NCBI RefSeq assembly: GCF_036321535.1
Contig: NC_087447.1
Coordinates: forward strand, 37,078,001-37,142,000
Length of the DNA: 64,000 nt
Source: Camelus dromedarius
Taxonomy: Eukaryota
Direction: 5' to 3'
The position numbers and the translations under genes were made by a program. A model generated the notes under the pieces. It did not search any database. It was not told where the DNA came from and was given only the letters and a program-made list of their open reading frames with translations. Positions 35,655 through 47,285 of the stretch are shown one piece after another (the stretch's first letter is position 1; each line of letters starts with the position of its first letter).

Positions 35655-35892
35655 CCAGTGGTCTGCGCGATGGCTAAGAGCAGAGACTCGGGAGCCAAGC
35701 TCCATGGGTCTGATTTCCGGCTCTGCTGCTCTCTGGCTGGTGACCCTGGATAAGTTACCCAACTTCCATGGCTAATAATAGTATCTCTCTCAAAGGACTA
35801 CTGTAAGGATTAATTGAGTTAATATGTATCGGGTACTTAGCCTAGTGCCTGAAACACAGCAAAGGTTAGGTATTAATGCATCAGCTATTATT
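35655..35892 (+). mobile_element. MIR SINE
   Basis: ggctaagagcagagactcgggagcca...ggctctgctgct...gtgaccctggataagttac...aggattaattgagttaatatgt...agtgcctgaaacacag. Confidence 0.85.
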
Positions 35893-38029
35893 CTCTCTTC
35901 AATTATTCAGTCTCTCTTTAGAACTACGCTGAGAGTTCTCGGAGGATGAGGACCCTGCCCACTTCTAACACCACAGTCTGCGTGGAGCACAGGGCCTGCC
36001 CCTGGAAGACTCTCATTATCGTTTGTTGAATTGTATCGAAGTGAAAATAAACGACGTAAAAACGCTTTGTAAACTGCCACGCACGAAATTTTTTATTATT
36101 AGCTCTGGAAGGAGTTTATTAGATGAAATACCTCCAGGGCACTCTCAGAATTGCTGCCGCTGTCGAGTGTAACAAAATTTTGATCAGTCGATTCATAAAC
36201 TAGTCGGTTTATGAATCACCTCTGCTATCAGCCTTCTCTACACGTTGAGTTTTTCCTTTCTGGTTTGTGCTGAGTGGGTCCAGCTGAAAAAATCCTCCAG
36301 GTTTGCTAATATATTTGGCTCAACTAATGTTGAATGATTGTCCCTTCCAGGGAGAGCCCAGGCTGGGAGAGGCTGCAGACAGGAAGCAAAGGGAGACCCA
36401 TTTCTGATCTCATAGCCTAGTAGTGGGGCAGATGTACGAACCCAGGCCTGGCCATGCACAGTATCCTGTGCCCCTGGCCGTGGCAATAAATGAACACCTG
36501 ATCCAACCTGGGCCAAAGTCCTTCCTCAGGATTTTATACGTGGTGACGGAGAGATGCCAGCTGTCTCTTTCCTTTAGGGTCAGAGCCTGGCTCAATGCAA
36601 GCCTAGACACCTCTGGAGGCTGTACTTAGTCTGTCCATGTTGCCTGGAGGGATCCCATCTGATGCAGCAAAGGATGAAGGCAACACACAAAGTGAAGTGG
36701 GGTCAGGGGGGAGAGAGGGCTTTAGGGGGTTCTTTGCTATTGCAGCCACGCCAGCCATCTCCACTAACAGAAGCGCCATCCTCCCTAAAGTTCTGTGTGG
36801 TACCACATACCACGGCCTGAAATTCTCACCCTTTGGAAAGCTTGGGAAACGAGTTAAGGGAATTCCTAAGCCATGGAATGTGCAGGAATCTTAAGCAGGG
36901 CTCTGTTTGTATCTGTCCTGTTGTTGACATCCTGGTCCCTAATGAGGTCATTTGAACATCTGTAGCGTATCTGCCAAGAGCCAGTTAACTGGAAATGACA
37001 TTAGTCACCGTTAGCATAGTGTCTCTTCCCCTTTCTCCCTTGGATCTGTGCCTTGGGGACACTCCGGCACAGCTCAGAGGTGCTTAGGGCCCAGACATCA
37101 AAGGGAGGGATACAGTCATCAGCAGCCCCTGTCAAAACATTCAACATTTGACTTGCTGCCCCCCAACCTTTCTGATACCAAAGACCTCCCTGCATAATCC
37201 CACCCTCTGAGTTTTGGAGGATCAAGTCTTCAAATATAAAGCACTGATTAAGTCATAATATACTTATTTGCCCAGTCCCTATTAATCCGCCTTCATGTAT
37301 AGTACTGATCGGACAACACTAACAACACAGAATTGATATAATTTCAGACCAAAGAAATTTTAGTCAGTCTAGGTGGGCTTAACTATCATCAGAGGAAGGT
37401 TTCTAGTAGGTTTTTAAAATTTTATTTTTAACTTACTTTCAAAACTGAGCAGTTATTATTAGACCTTTTGAATGAATGAATTAGCCAGGAATCACTGCCC
37501 TTGAGCACCTTAAAAAGATGAGATCTAAAGCTGCCTTATACGTGGTCATTAATGGTCACCTAACACTCTGCCGTTAATGCCTGTGGGGTCTGGGGGCCAA
37601 AGCACAAGACAGACCGCACAGCCTCTATGTACCAGGCCCAGGCCAGGGGCTTTAGAATCTTAACTCTTTTCACGCATCCCCAAGCCTTGAGGCAGAACTA
37701 CAGGAGTGCTGCAGCAGGGCTAAGCTCTGGGGTTCTTAGGATAACTCTTAGTTCCTGGGGATAAGAGGCTGAGAAAGGCCAAGAGCCCCCAGGACATCTC
37801 AGTTGAGCTCAGGAAGAGCCTGGTGCCCATCCTGAGCAGAGGCAGGACTCAGAAGGAGCCAGGGTGCAGCGGCTCCGAATGGAAAGCCTTGGCGAACCCT
37901 CCCAGGTTGTGCGTATGTGTACGCTCGCACGGAGGAGTTGGATTCCTTCTAAACATTGCTCACCTCGAGGTTTTCACTATTTCCATCAACACAAGTAACC
38001 AGGCAACTCTGCTGTGACTTAATGGAAAT

Positions 38030-38340
38030 TCATATTGGGCGGGACCATAAATCTTCATTTCAGAGATGAGGAAACAGTGACAGGGAAGGGCTCTGTGGTG
38101 CTGGAGGTCACATATCAAGTAGGGAAAAGCCACCATTTCGCCCAGAGCTTTCAGTTTCAAAGTACATGCTCTTACAACTTGATGAGTGCATGGTGGGGCC
38201 AGTCAGGCCCACAGAGACTATCCAGCCCAATTTGGAGAAACTGAGGCTCAAAGAGGGTATACCCATGACCAGGGCTACAATTAGTTCATAAAAGAACCAG
38301 GGAAAGAACCTAGGTCTCCTAACTCCAATTCCAGTACACT
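38030..38340 (-). mobile_element. Two adjacent MIR fragments
   Basis: ttcatttcagagatgaggaaacag...aggtcacata and ggagaaactgaggctcaaagagg...gaacctaggtctcctaactcca. Confidence 0.75.
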
Positions 38341-38619
38341 GAAATTTTTTGAATGATCATCAGAGATGAATGGAAACTTAGAGATTCATTCATGCATTCA
38401 GTCAACTGAACAACCTTCATTCCTCGCTAGAAACGAGGAAGCCTTGCCCAGAAGCCTCTTTCAGCCACGTCTCATTGGCTAGAATTGCACCCCATGCTGA
38501 AGCCTGACCCACACACTGGTCAGGGAACCAGGGCCAACTCCTTCTTGATTGCCACACTCCTGTATCCAGCTGCTGCCTGCCTAACATCTGCCCCCGGGGG
38601 TCTAGCAGGCAGCTCAAAC

Positions 38620-39445
38620 ACCTACCTGTCTGCCCAAGCTCTGGATCTGTTCCCACTCGAAAGTGCGCCGCCTCTCTTATTCTTTATCTCAGTTAATAAC
38701 ACTATTATGAGGGCCTCAAACTTTCACTCCCTACACCAAATCCATCAGCAAAACCTTTTGGCTTTACCTTCAAAATAGTTCCCAAATGCAGCCAGTTATC
38801 ACCCCCTCCTTGGCTACCACCCAGGCTCACTATGCTCACTGGTCTCCCACCCTCCCTCTTGCCCTGCTTGAGCTGGCTTTCTACACGTCTGCTGTGGTAA
38901 TCCTCTGAAAAGGTTAATCAGATCAATTCTCTCTCTTAGTGAAGAGCCCCCAATAATTTCTCATCACATTTAGAGCAAAATCTAAAGTCCTTTCCATGAC
39001 CTAATCTCTTCTCACAACACTCCAGCCACATTGGCCTCCTAGTTAGTCTGAGTATGCAGATTTATCCCAGGGCCTTTGCACCTGCTGTTCCTGCTGAGTG
39101 GAACACTTTACCCCCAGAGATTCACAGGGCTTCTGCCCTCCCTTCACTCATGTCTCTGGTCAGTCACCTCCCTCCGTCCCCTTATCTAAAACAGCAAGCC
39201 TGTTTCTCTCTATCCCTTTATCTGGCTTTACTTTGTTCATAAAACCTTGGGTTGGTATTGTATATTTGTATGATTTATATTTGCGTGTTTATTTTCTATC
39301 ACCCCAACTAGAATTGAGGTTACATGAAGGCAAAGACATGGACTGATTTTTTTTTTCATGACTTTATCTGCAGTGCCTAGAGTAACACCCAACACAAAAT
39401 AGATGCTCAATAATGTTAAATGAGAGAATGATGAATGAATGAATA
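38620..39445 (+). mobile_element. L2 LINE 3' region
   Basis: ccaaatccatcagcaaa...ggctttaccttcaaaata...cagggcctttgcacctgctgttcc...cagtgcctagag...atgctcaataa...gaatgaatgaat. Confidence 0.85.
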
Positions 39446-40669
39446 ATTGGCTTGGACCCATGAGGATCCACCCTTCAGGGATGGAGACGGGCTAGTCTCT
39501 CCCAGAGGAGGGTGCACATGTGAGCAAAATTGGGTTCCACCAACTCAGAAGAAAGGGTAAATAGATGTTGAGTAGATGGCCAGGAGAGTCTGCTACGTCA
39601 GGCTTGTCCAGGTTCTGTTATTACATAGTCACTGAGCACCTTTAGGTGAGCTCAGCATGTTCCTCTCCATTTTGTTTAAGCAGAGCAGCCAGCAGAAGGG
39701 TGTGCACTGGCTCACTGGGGCTTGGCCAGGTTGGGAACACAGAGTGTCTACTCTCCAGGCTCACAGCAAAGCCACAAAATGAATTGTGACTTCCTGGGGC
39801 AGTGGGGACTTAGGGCTGGGCTCCATTTGTTATCTCCCTTGGTGACAGACTGGTCCCCAGTGATGTCATCTGAGCATCTGCAGGCACCTCTGCCAGGAGC
39901 CCACTAACTGGAAATGACATCAGCTACCAGCAAAGTGACTTGGGCGCCCGGCAGACACATCCCGCAGATCCCCTGTCTGGAGCTCATCTCCTGCCTACCT
40001 GGAAGTCTTCTGGCTGGCACTTTGGCAAACAAAGAGGCATTTGAGAGGGAATTAAGTTGACTTTAAAAGATAGCCTCAAAGTGTTTCCCAACACGTTGAT
40101 GCTTACATTGAATTATAGGTGCTAATAAAGCTGTCAGAGCCTTGGCTCGAGGACCCAACTGAAGCTAACAGATCCCTGGGAAATGATGAGAATTCCTCCG
40201 GGCCTGGAATGTCAGTCCCTGGCCTGGCTGGAGGCTCACACACATGCATAACAAAGATGAGGAAGGGCTGGAATTAACTACTCCAACTGCCTCACTGATT
40301 GGCCGGAAGGGTTTGCTGTAGTCTTAAAGCAGAAGGCAGCTTTGCTGGAGTCCTCTGTCTCACTGTGTTCTGGGATACCCTGATCCTTTCCTTTCTAAAA
40401 TACTCAGTGTCGACATCAAGCCACAGTGACTACCAGAACTGGCAGTAAAGAGCAGCAGTGTTTAGAGTGCTGGGGAAAAAGGGCTACCACAGAGCACTCC
40501 TCCTTGGACTTACCTAAGACCAGATCTGTAATTTTGTTCAAAAGACACAGAGATAAGTTCCAGATCTCATACAGAGCTCTCTTTCCTGGGAACGTATTAA
40601 ATGCTAGGCCTGTACCATGTTCTATACATTCACGATCTTTTGAAAGCATCCAATAGTCCTATGAACAGC

Positions 40670-40960
40670 TATGTATTCATACATTCATTTCAACAAATAT
40701 TTATTGAGAACCTATAACATGTTAGGCCTTGAGCTAGACTCATGGGATACAATAGGGAACAAGACAGACACTATACTCTGTCCCTTGGATTTGGTCACAC
40801 AAGCCACAATCATTAACAATTGCAAATGCATCATTAAGAAGTCTGGGGTGCTGTGTGAGGATATAATGGGCAGGTATAATGTAAAGGCATCAGGGAAGGC
40901 AGCTTTGAGAAGGTGAAACTGAAGCTATGAGCTGAAGAACAAGTGGGAGTTAGGAAGGTG
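40670..40960 (-). mobile_element. L2 3' end (continues at ~43010-43262)
   Basis: cattcatttcaacaaatatttattgagaacct...gggatacaatagggaacaagacagac...atcagggaaggc...gagctgaaga. Confidence 0.85.
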
Positions 40961-40964
40961 CAGG

Positions 40965-41205
40965 CTGTCCTCCTATGGCTGCTGTAACTACTTCAAACTT
41001 GATGGCTTAAAACAGAACAGATTTATTCTCTTACAAATTTAGGTGGTCAGAAGTCCAAATTTAGGTGAAAGTCAAGGTGTTGGCAGGGCTGGTTCCTTTT
41101 GGAGGCCAGAACAGTTTAAGTCCCTTTTGCCATATAAGGTGGCATTCACAGGTTCTGGAGACTAGAATGTGGATATAGCTGGGGACCATTATTCAGTCCA
41201 CCATA
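40965..41205 (-). mobile_element. MLT1 (B/C-like) LTR with internal deletion
   Basis: ggctgctgtaac...tggcttaaaacagaacagatttattctc...tcaaggtgttggcagggctggttcc | cccttttgccatataaggt...cacaggttctgga...attcagtccaccata. Confidence 0.8.
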
Positions 41206-41242
41206 GCCGCTAAATGGGGAAAAGCCTGTGGAATGCATTTAG

Positions 41243-41515
41243 AGAGGTAGCTTAATGTCTTGATTAAACTGCGGGGCTCTGGATACTGACATCTACATTT
41301 ACAGCCTGACTATACTGATTCTTTATTGTCTAACGTTGGACAACTTATTAACCTCCCTGTGTTTCAGCTTTTCTACCTATAAAGTGGGATTAATAATAGT
41401 GTCTACTTTATAGGATTGTCTTAAGGATTGAATGAGATTTCAAGTAAGGCATTTAGAGCAATGCCTGACATCTTGTATGTGCTCAATAAATGTTAGTTTT
41501 TATCATTAACTATTA
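41243..41515 (+). mobile_element. MIR SINE, near full length
   Basis: ttattaacctccctgtgtttcagc...ctataaagtggg...aaggattgaatgaga...gcatttagagcaatgcctgaca...gctcaataaatgttag. Confidence 0.85.
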
Positions 41516-41529
41516 TTATTTATTATTAA

Positions 41530-42969
41530 CTATTTTTGAAGCTTTATTGAGATGTAATTGACATAACAGCACTGTATAATTTAAGACATACAACATGTTG
41601 ATTTGATACACTTATACAAATAATTACCACCATAGGTTAGCTAACATATCTATCAATCATGTCACTTAACTGCCATTTCCTTTTTGTGGTGACAGCATTT
41701 AGAATCTATCTACTCTCTTAGTAACTTTCAAGTACATAATACAGTATTAGTAACTATAATCAGCATGCTGTGCATTAGATCCCCCAAACTTACTCATCTT
41801 ATAATTGAAAGTTTGTACTCTTTGACCAAAACCTCCTTATTTTCCCCACCACCCAGACCCTGGTAACCACAACTCTAGTCTCCGCTTCTATGAGTTTGAC
41901 TTTTTTAGATGCCGTGTAAAAGTGGTATTATATATTATTTGTCTTTCTCTGTCTGACTTATTTCACTTTGCATAGTGCCCTCAGTCCATGTTGTAAATTA
42001 ACCAACCATATATACATGAGTTTATTTCTGAATTCTCTATTCTGTTCCATATGTCTGTTTTTATGACAATATCATACTGTTTTGATTACTATGGCTCTGC
42101 AGGATAGTTTGAAATCAGGAAGTGGGAGGCCTCCAGCTTTGTTCTTTTTTTTCAAGATTGCTTTGACTATTCAGGATCTTTTATGGTTCCATCCAAATTT
42201 AGAATTGATTTTCTATTTCTTTGAAAAATGCTATTGGAATTTTGATAGGGAGTGTATTGAATTTGTAGATTGCTTTGGTTAGTATGTACATTTTAACAAT
42301 GTTCATCCTTCCAATCCGTGAGAATGGGATATCTTTCCATTTACTTGTGTATTCTTGCATTTCTTTTGTCAATGTCTTATAGTTTTCAGTGTACAGATTT
42401 TTGACCTCCCTGGTTAACTTTATTCCTAAGTGTTTTGTTCTTTTTGATGCTATTGTAAATAGGATTATTTTCTCAGTTTCTCTTTTTGATAGTTTACTTT
42501 TTAGTGCTTAAAATTTGAACTGATTTTTATATATTGATTTTGTATCCTACAACTTTACTGAATTCCTTTATTAGTTCCAACAGTCTCTTGGTGGAATCTT
42601 TAGAGTTTTCTGTATATAATATTGTGCCATCTGCAAATAGAGACAATTTTACTTCCTCTTCTTTCTGATTTGAATGCCTTTTCTTTCTTTTTCTTGCCTG
42701 ATTGCTCTGGCTAGGATTTCCAGTATGATGTTGAATAAAAGGGGCAAGACTGGGCATCCTTGTCTTGTTCTTGATCTTAGAGGAGAAGCTTTCGGCTTTT
42801 CACTCTTGTCATACATAGCACTTATTATGTTGGGGTAGGTTCCCTCTATACCCACTGTGCTGAGAGTTTTTGTCATGAAAGAATATTGAATTTTGTCAAG
42901 TGATTTTTCTGAATCAATTGAGATGATCATATGATTTTTATCCTTCACTTTGTTAATGTGCTATATTAC
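41530..42969 (-). mobile_element. 5'-truncated L1 (L1MA9-like) with 3' UTR and ORF2 remnant, internally deleted
   Basis: 3' end ctttattgagatgtaattgacataac...aactttcaagtacataatacag...; ORF2 DNA to 42969; possible 12-bp TSD atttattattaa at 41518-41529 and 42970-42981. Confidence 0.9.
42527..42948 (-). pseudogene. Frameshifted L1 ORF2 reverse-transcriptase domain remnant
   Basis: Translations [46 protein letters not shown] and [13 protein letters not shown]...[12 protein letters not shown] match L1 RT motifs; FADD is mutated to FADG and the pieces lie in different frames. Confidence 0.92.
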
Positions 42970-43009
42970 ATTTATTATTAATTATTATAATTACATTATT
43001 AACAGTTTT

Positions 43010-43262
43010 TCAAGAACTGAGAGAAACAAGGAAGAGAGTGTCTAGAGGGCTAGGGTGGTGAACAGGATTTGATTTTAGATGATGCAGAGACTTATTTGAA
43101 GTTCCTTGCATGAATTTGGATCATTATCCTAGTGATGACTGGAATCATGAAAATGTTTTAATGGGAGTGAATGACATCTGATTTGTCTTTAAAAAATTCA
43201 TTTTGGCTGCATGGTTGAAAATGAGTTGAGATTGACTAGGTATCTCCAGTGAGAGACGATGG
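43010..43262 (-). mobile_element. L2 continuation
   Basis: gaatttggatcattatcct...gggagtgaatgacatctgatttgtctttaaaaaattcattttggctgc. Confidence 0.7.
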
Positions 43263-43824
43263 CGGGCATCACCAGTCACATTTACTGAAGAGGAACCTGA
43301 GGCTCAAAGGATGAAGCCACTCATTTAAGTGGACTTGAACGAGCTTGAGCCTTCACTTGTTAAGGCCACTGAATTAACAAAAAGTGGGAGTTAATACAGT
43401 GAGATTCAAAATTAAGTGAGTTTGATTTCAAAGTCTGTGTTCTTTATTGCACTGCATGGCCTGGTAGCCAAGGTAACATGAATGAAAGACTTACTGCTTC
43501 CCAGATGCACTGCTCAGAGACCTGACGGGAGACACCCATATGGGGGAAGCCTTTACTTTCCTTGTCTTTGCTCCAGTTCAGTTTCTCTCACATTGACAGA
43601 GGAATGTTTCTTCAACTATAATAAACCAGCATCCCCATCTAATGAATCTTCCACTCTACTCCCAGGTTCACTAGTCACCTCGTCCTTTCAGGTTAGGTTC
43701 TCTTGGTCCTTGACAGCTTGATCTTTGTCCTGAAAGCCCACTCCATCAATGCTTATACTGGCAGTCCTGTCAACCATGGCTAACATCCTTAGTTCGTCTA
43801 AACCAGGGCCCTTATATTACCCCA

Positions 43825-44380
43825 GACTCTTTGAGATGTTAGTGACAGAAAGTTAAATCAAACTGACTTAAGAATAAAGGAGAAAAATTTAACTAATAAA
43901 ACTAAAAAAAAAGCCAGGGGTTACTGCCTTCAGGCATGGCTGGATCTAGGTGCTCAAATGATGATGAAAATTCACCATGCTTTATTTCTCAGCATTACTT
44001 TTATTTGTATTGGACTTCCTTCTCAGGGTGATTTATTTCATGATAGATATCCACTAACTCTAACAGCTCCTGGCTAACATTCCATCCTAGTCCAGTGGAA
44101 AGAGCTTTTCTTTGGTAGTGGGTTCAGCAAAAGTTTCAGTGTGAGTCTCACTGGATCCGCCCAAGTCACATACCCATCCTTAAACCAGTCACTATGGCAA
44201 GGGGAGTGAAATATCCTAACTGGCTGAGCTAGGACCATATGTTTCCCCTGGAGCTAGATGGGGTGAGGTTAACCTTATCCAAGCCAGCTAGACTCTATGG
44301 ATACTCCCCAAGGGCGAATTTAGGTGCTGTATCAAAGGAGGGTAAATTGATGATAGGCTCATGGAAACCCAATAATTGTC
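43825..44380 (-). mobile_element. MLT1K-like solo LTR
   Basis: agtgacagaaagttaaatcaaactgacttaag...cttcaggcatggctggatctaggtgctcaaatgatg...gtcacatacccatccttaaaccagtcactatggcaagggg. Confidence 0.8.
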
Positions 44381-46091
44381 CACTCTTTTTACAAATCCCA
44401 TGTGCTTTACAGTCTTTCTTCCTTGACCTACCTGACCCCTTCCACCTGAAACATCCTCTCTTGACTCTACCTGTAGAAATCTCCCTCTTCTCAGTGCAGA
44501 CTCAATTTCTTCTCCCAGGAAACCTTCCTTTATGTCAAGGGCAGGCTCTCTCTTTCACTCTGGCTCCATACCCCTTCATCCACATCTTTCTTAGGCTCAG
44601 GAAGCTTTGTATTACGTTATCTGGGTCAGTCCTTCCCACCTCTCTGGACTGGCCATGGCCTGAGTAGGGACTAGAATATCCACATGGGAGTTTTTTCCCC
44701 AGACCAGGTACAGAATGAACAATTAGTTACACAATATTTGCAAACTCGATGATTGTCTCTGATACAGTCATGAGAAAAATATTCCAAAGATAAAATAATA
44801 CTTTAGTAATGAGTTGAAGTAAGATATTTCATTACTCCTCACTCCTCCCTTCTGCCTTTCCTGGTCCCCTACCCTCCTCTCAAGCATCCCTACTTCATGG
44901 GATTAGAGACTCTTCAAGCCGGTAGAGGTCCCAGGGAGCACTCCATTCAGATGCAGTGCTGGCCTAGACCTGAGTCTCCTGACAATCTGTTCAGTAATCT
45001 TCCCATTCTGACCTGTTTTCCCTTTATTTTCTTGAGTAGTTGTTTGTCCTCACGACAACCTTATGAGTAAGGTACTAAAGGTATTATTTTCCTTTTATCA
45101 TGATGTGGATACTGAATTCTCAGAAAGATGCAGTGGCCTACCTCAATCCAGGGTACATTTTTATAATCCTGCCACTTACATTCCCCTCATCTGGTCTTCT
45201 TAATATGTGTGGGTCTTTTACTTTAATTTTATTTCTTTCTATTAGGCTGAAAGTGTTTAGGTGAGCCACCTGGAAACCATTTTGTAAGGAGGTAGGGTAT
45301 GAACAAATGCGGTATAAAGAGGAACTCACCCAAGAACACACGGCCTGGGTTCCCTCGACTTCCTGCTGCCAGAATGTGCCCACACACGGGGACTGAGAGT
45401 GAAGCACCCTCCCCCCATCCCCAGGAGGGCAGGAGGATAGGATTACGCCTGGAGCCGGGAAACAATATGATTCACTTCCCATCACCCTCAGATGCCGTTT
45501 TCTTTCCCCACCAGACATGAGCTCATGGAATTCTGTTTCACGTTCCTTTCGATAGATTTTCCTTTTCCTGGAGTAAGGTTAAATGGAACCATCACAGGGA
45601 AGCATTCATCAAGAACAGCCATTGGATGTTAAGAGGATCATTGTGCTGGCCCGGGTACCACAGGGATGATCACTAGCGTTGCCTTAAGAATGTGCAGAGG
45701 CCACATTTACGTTTCAGGGCAGCCCCTTTGACAACTTTGGCAAAGGTCCCCAGCGCTGCTTTCCTTCCCGCAGTGTGATGTGAGAATGCTGCTACAGTAC
45801 AATCCTTGTTTAAGCACAAGCCCGGCACTGTGCCGCCTGGGAGGTGGATTACGCCCCAGATGATGGCGGAAAGCCTCAGCGGGAGGGATTCAGTTCCTCC
45901 AGGCTCAGTGTATATATATAACAATAACGTGTGTTGCCCACAAACTCCGTAGTTATCACACCAAAGTAAGGAGCAGCGGAATCCACATTCAGCAACGTGT
46001 TTTGATTATTCATATTCTTGATCTTGACTTTTAAGGCCCTCTGCATTTTGATCCAGGCTTCTCTACTACTGGTTTATTTATACCTTAAATC

Positions 46092-46279
46092 AAGAGGGCA
46101 GAGGGGCTTCATTCTATGTATCAACTGTGATAACTTGGGAGTGGCTGCCTGGAACACTGTGTTGAGAAGGATTCTGAGGCCACATCCTGACTCAGCAGGT
46201 TGAAGCTCTGTGATCGATTAGTGAGGTCTGCCATAGGTGAGGGTGAGAATTTAGCAGCAGACACATCCACCATCCCCTG
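46092..46279. mobile_element. hAT-type MITE, MER117-like
   Basis: gtggctgcctggaacactgtgttgagaaggattctgaggcc...gtgatcgattagtgaggtctgccat...catcccctg; family name from memory. Confidence 0.65.
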
Positions 46280-47093
46280 TCTATGCACAGCACGTTGGCT
46301 TCATTAGCTAAGCCACACTTATACCCTGTTTCCTTTTTCCATCTTCTTCCCGTTTGTTAGGCATTCTTTCCTGGTGAATATCTGGTAATATTTTTTATGG
46401 GTCATTGCAAATTGCAGCTTTTAAAGCTATTATGAAGTCCTCCTAAGCAGGCGTATTTTTCTTTCTTCATCATTCCTTTAGCCTTTGGTAACACTCTTAG
46501 GGTACCATTCTCTCGCTTGAATTAGAAAGTCATGCATGCACCTTATTTTTCCTGCAGGTTTGTAAACTCCTTGATGGTAGAAATCAAATCCCTTTTATCT
46601 TTATATCCCCATGTCTAGTTACTAAAAGAAAAGCTAAAATCCAAGAATGAATCTTAGCTCCTTTGGTCTAGTCTTCACCTTTTCCAGATGGGAAAACTGA
46701 GACTTGGGAGAAGGTGGGAGAGTTGCTAGAGGTCACAGTCAAAGTCAGAAACATTTGTCCTGACTCTAAAAGTTAGACTCCTGAAATGCTGGATTGGGAA
46801 GGAGTCTCTTAGGCTGCTTTGGTAGCCGGGAAGCTCCAAGAGACAGGACGCCATACTTTTGATTGATCATCCTTATTCTGGTCTTTGATGTTTTGGTTTC
46901 ATTGTGATCACTCTGTGGTAAACATGAACCATGACAAATCATTTTGGGACATAAGCTGAGCGTGAATAGTGAACAAATAAAAATGAACTGGTCTCTTTTA
47001 GTCACTCATTTATCCTTGGAAAATTATTGGCATCATTGCCGTAGCACACAAACCAGACAAAAACCACACCCTTATGGATTTTAGATTCTAGGG

Positions 47094-47113
47094 GTGTGTG
47101 TGTGTGTGTGTGT
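47094..47113. repeat. (GT)10 microsatellite
   Basis: Direct read. Confidence 0.9.
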
Positions 47114-47119
47114 GGTTTT

Positions 47120-47285
47120 GCTTGTATTAATTCACTAAATTCTCACACACTGTATATGATACTTAATATTATCATCATCGCCAGTTTACTGATGAGAAAA
47201 CAAAATTTCAGAGAGGTTAAGTTATTTGCCCAATGTCACACAGCTAGAAAGTCACGGAACCAAGATTTGAACTCAAGCAGTCCAG
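47120..47285 (-). mobile_element. MIR SINE fragment
   Basis: gatgagaaaac...cagagaggttaagttatttgcccaatgtcacacagctagaaag...gatttgaactcaagcagt. Confidence 0.85.
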
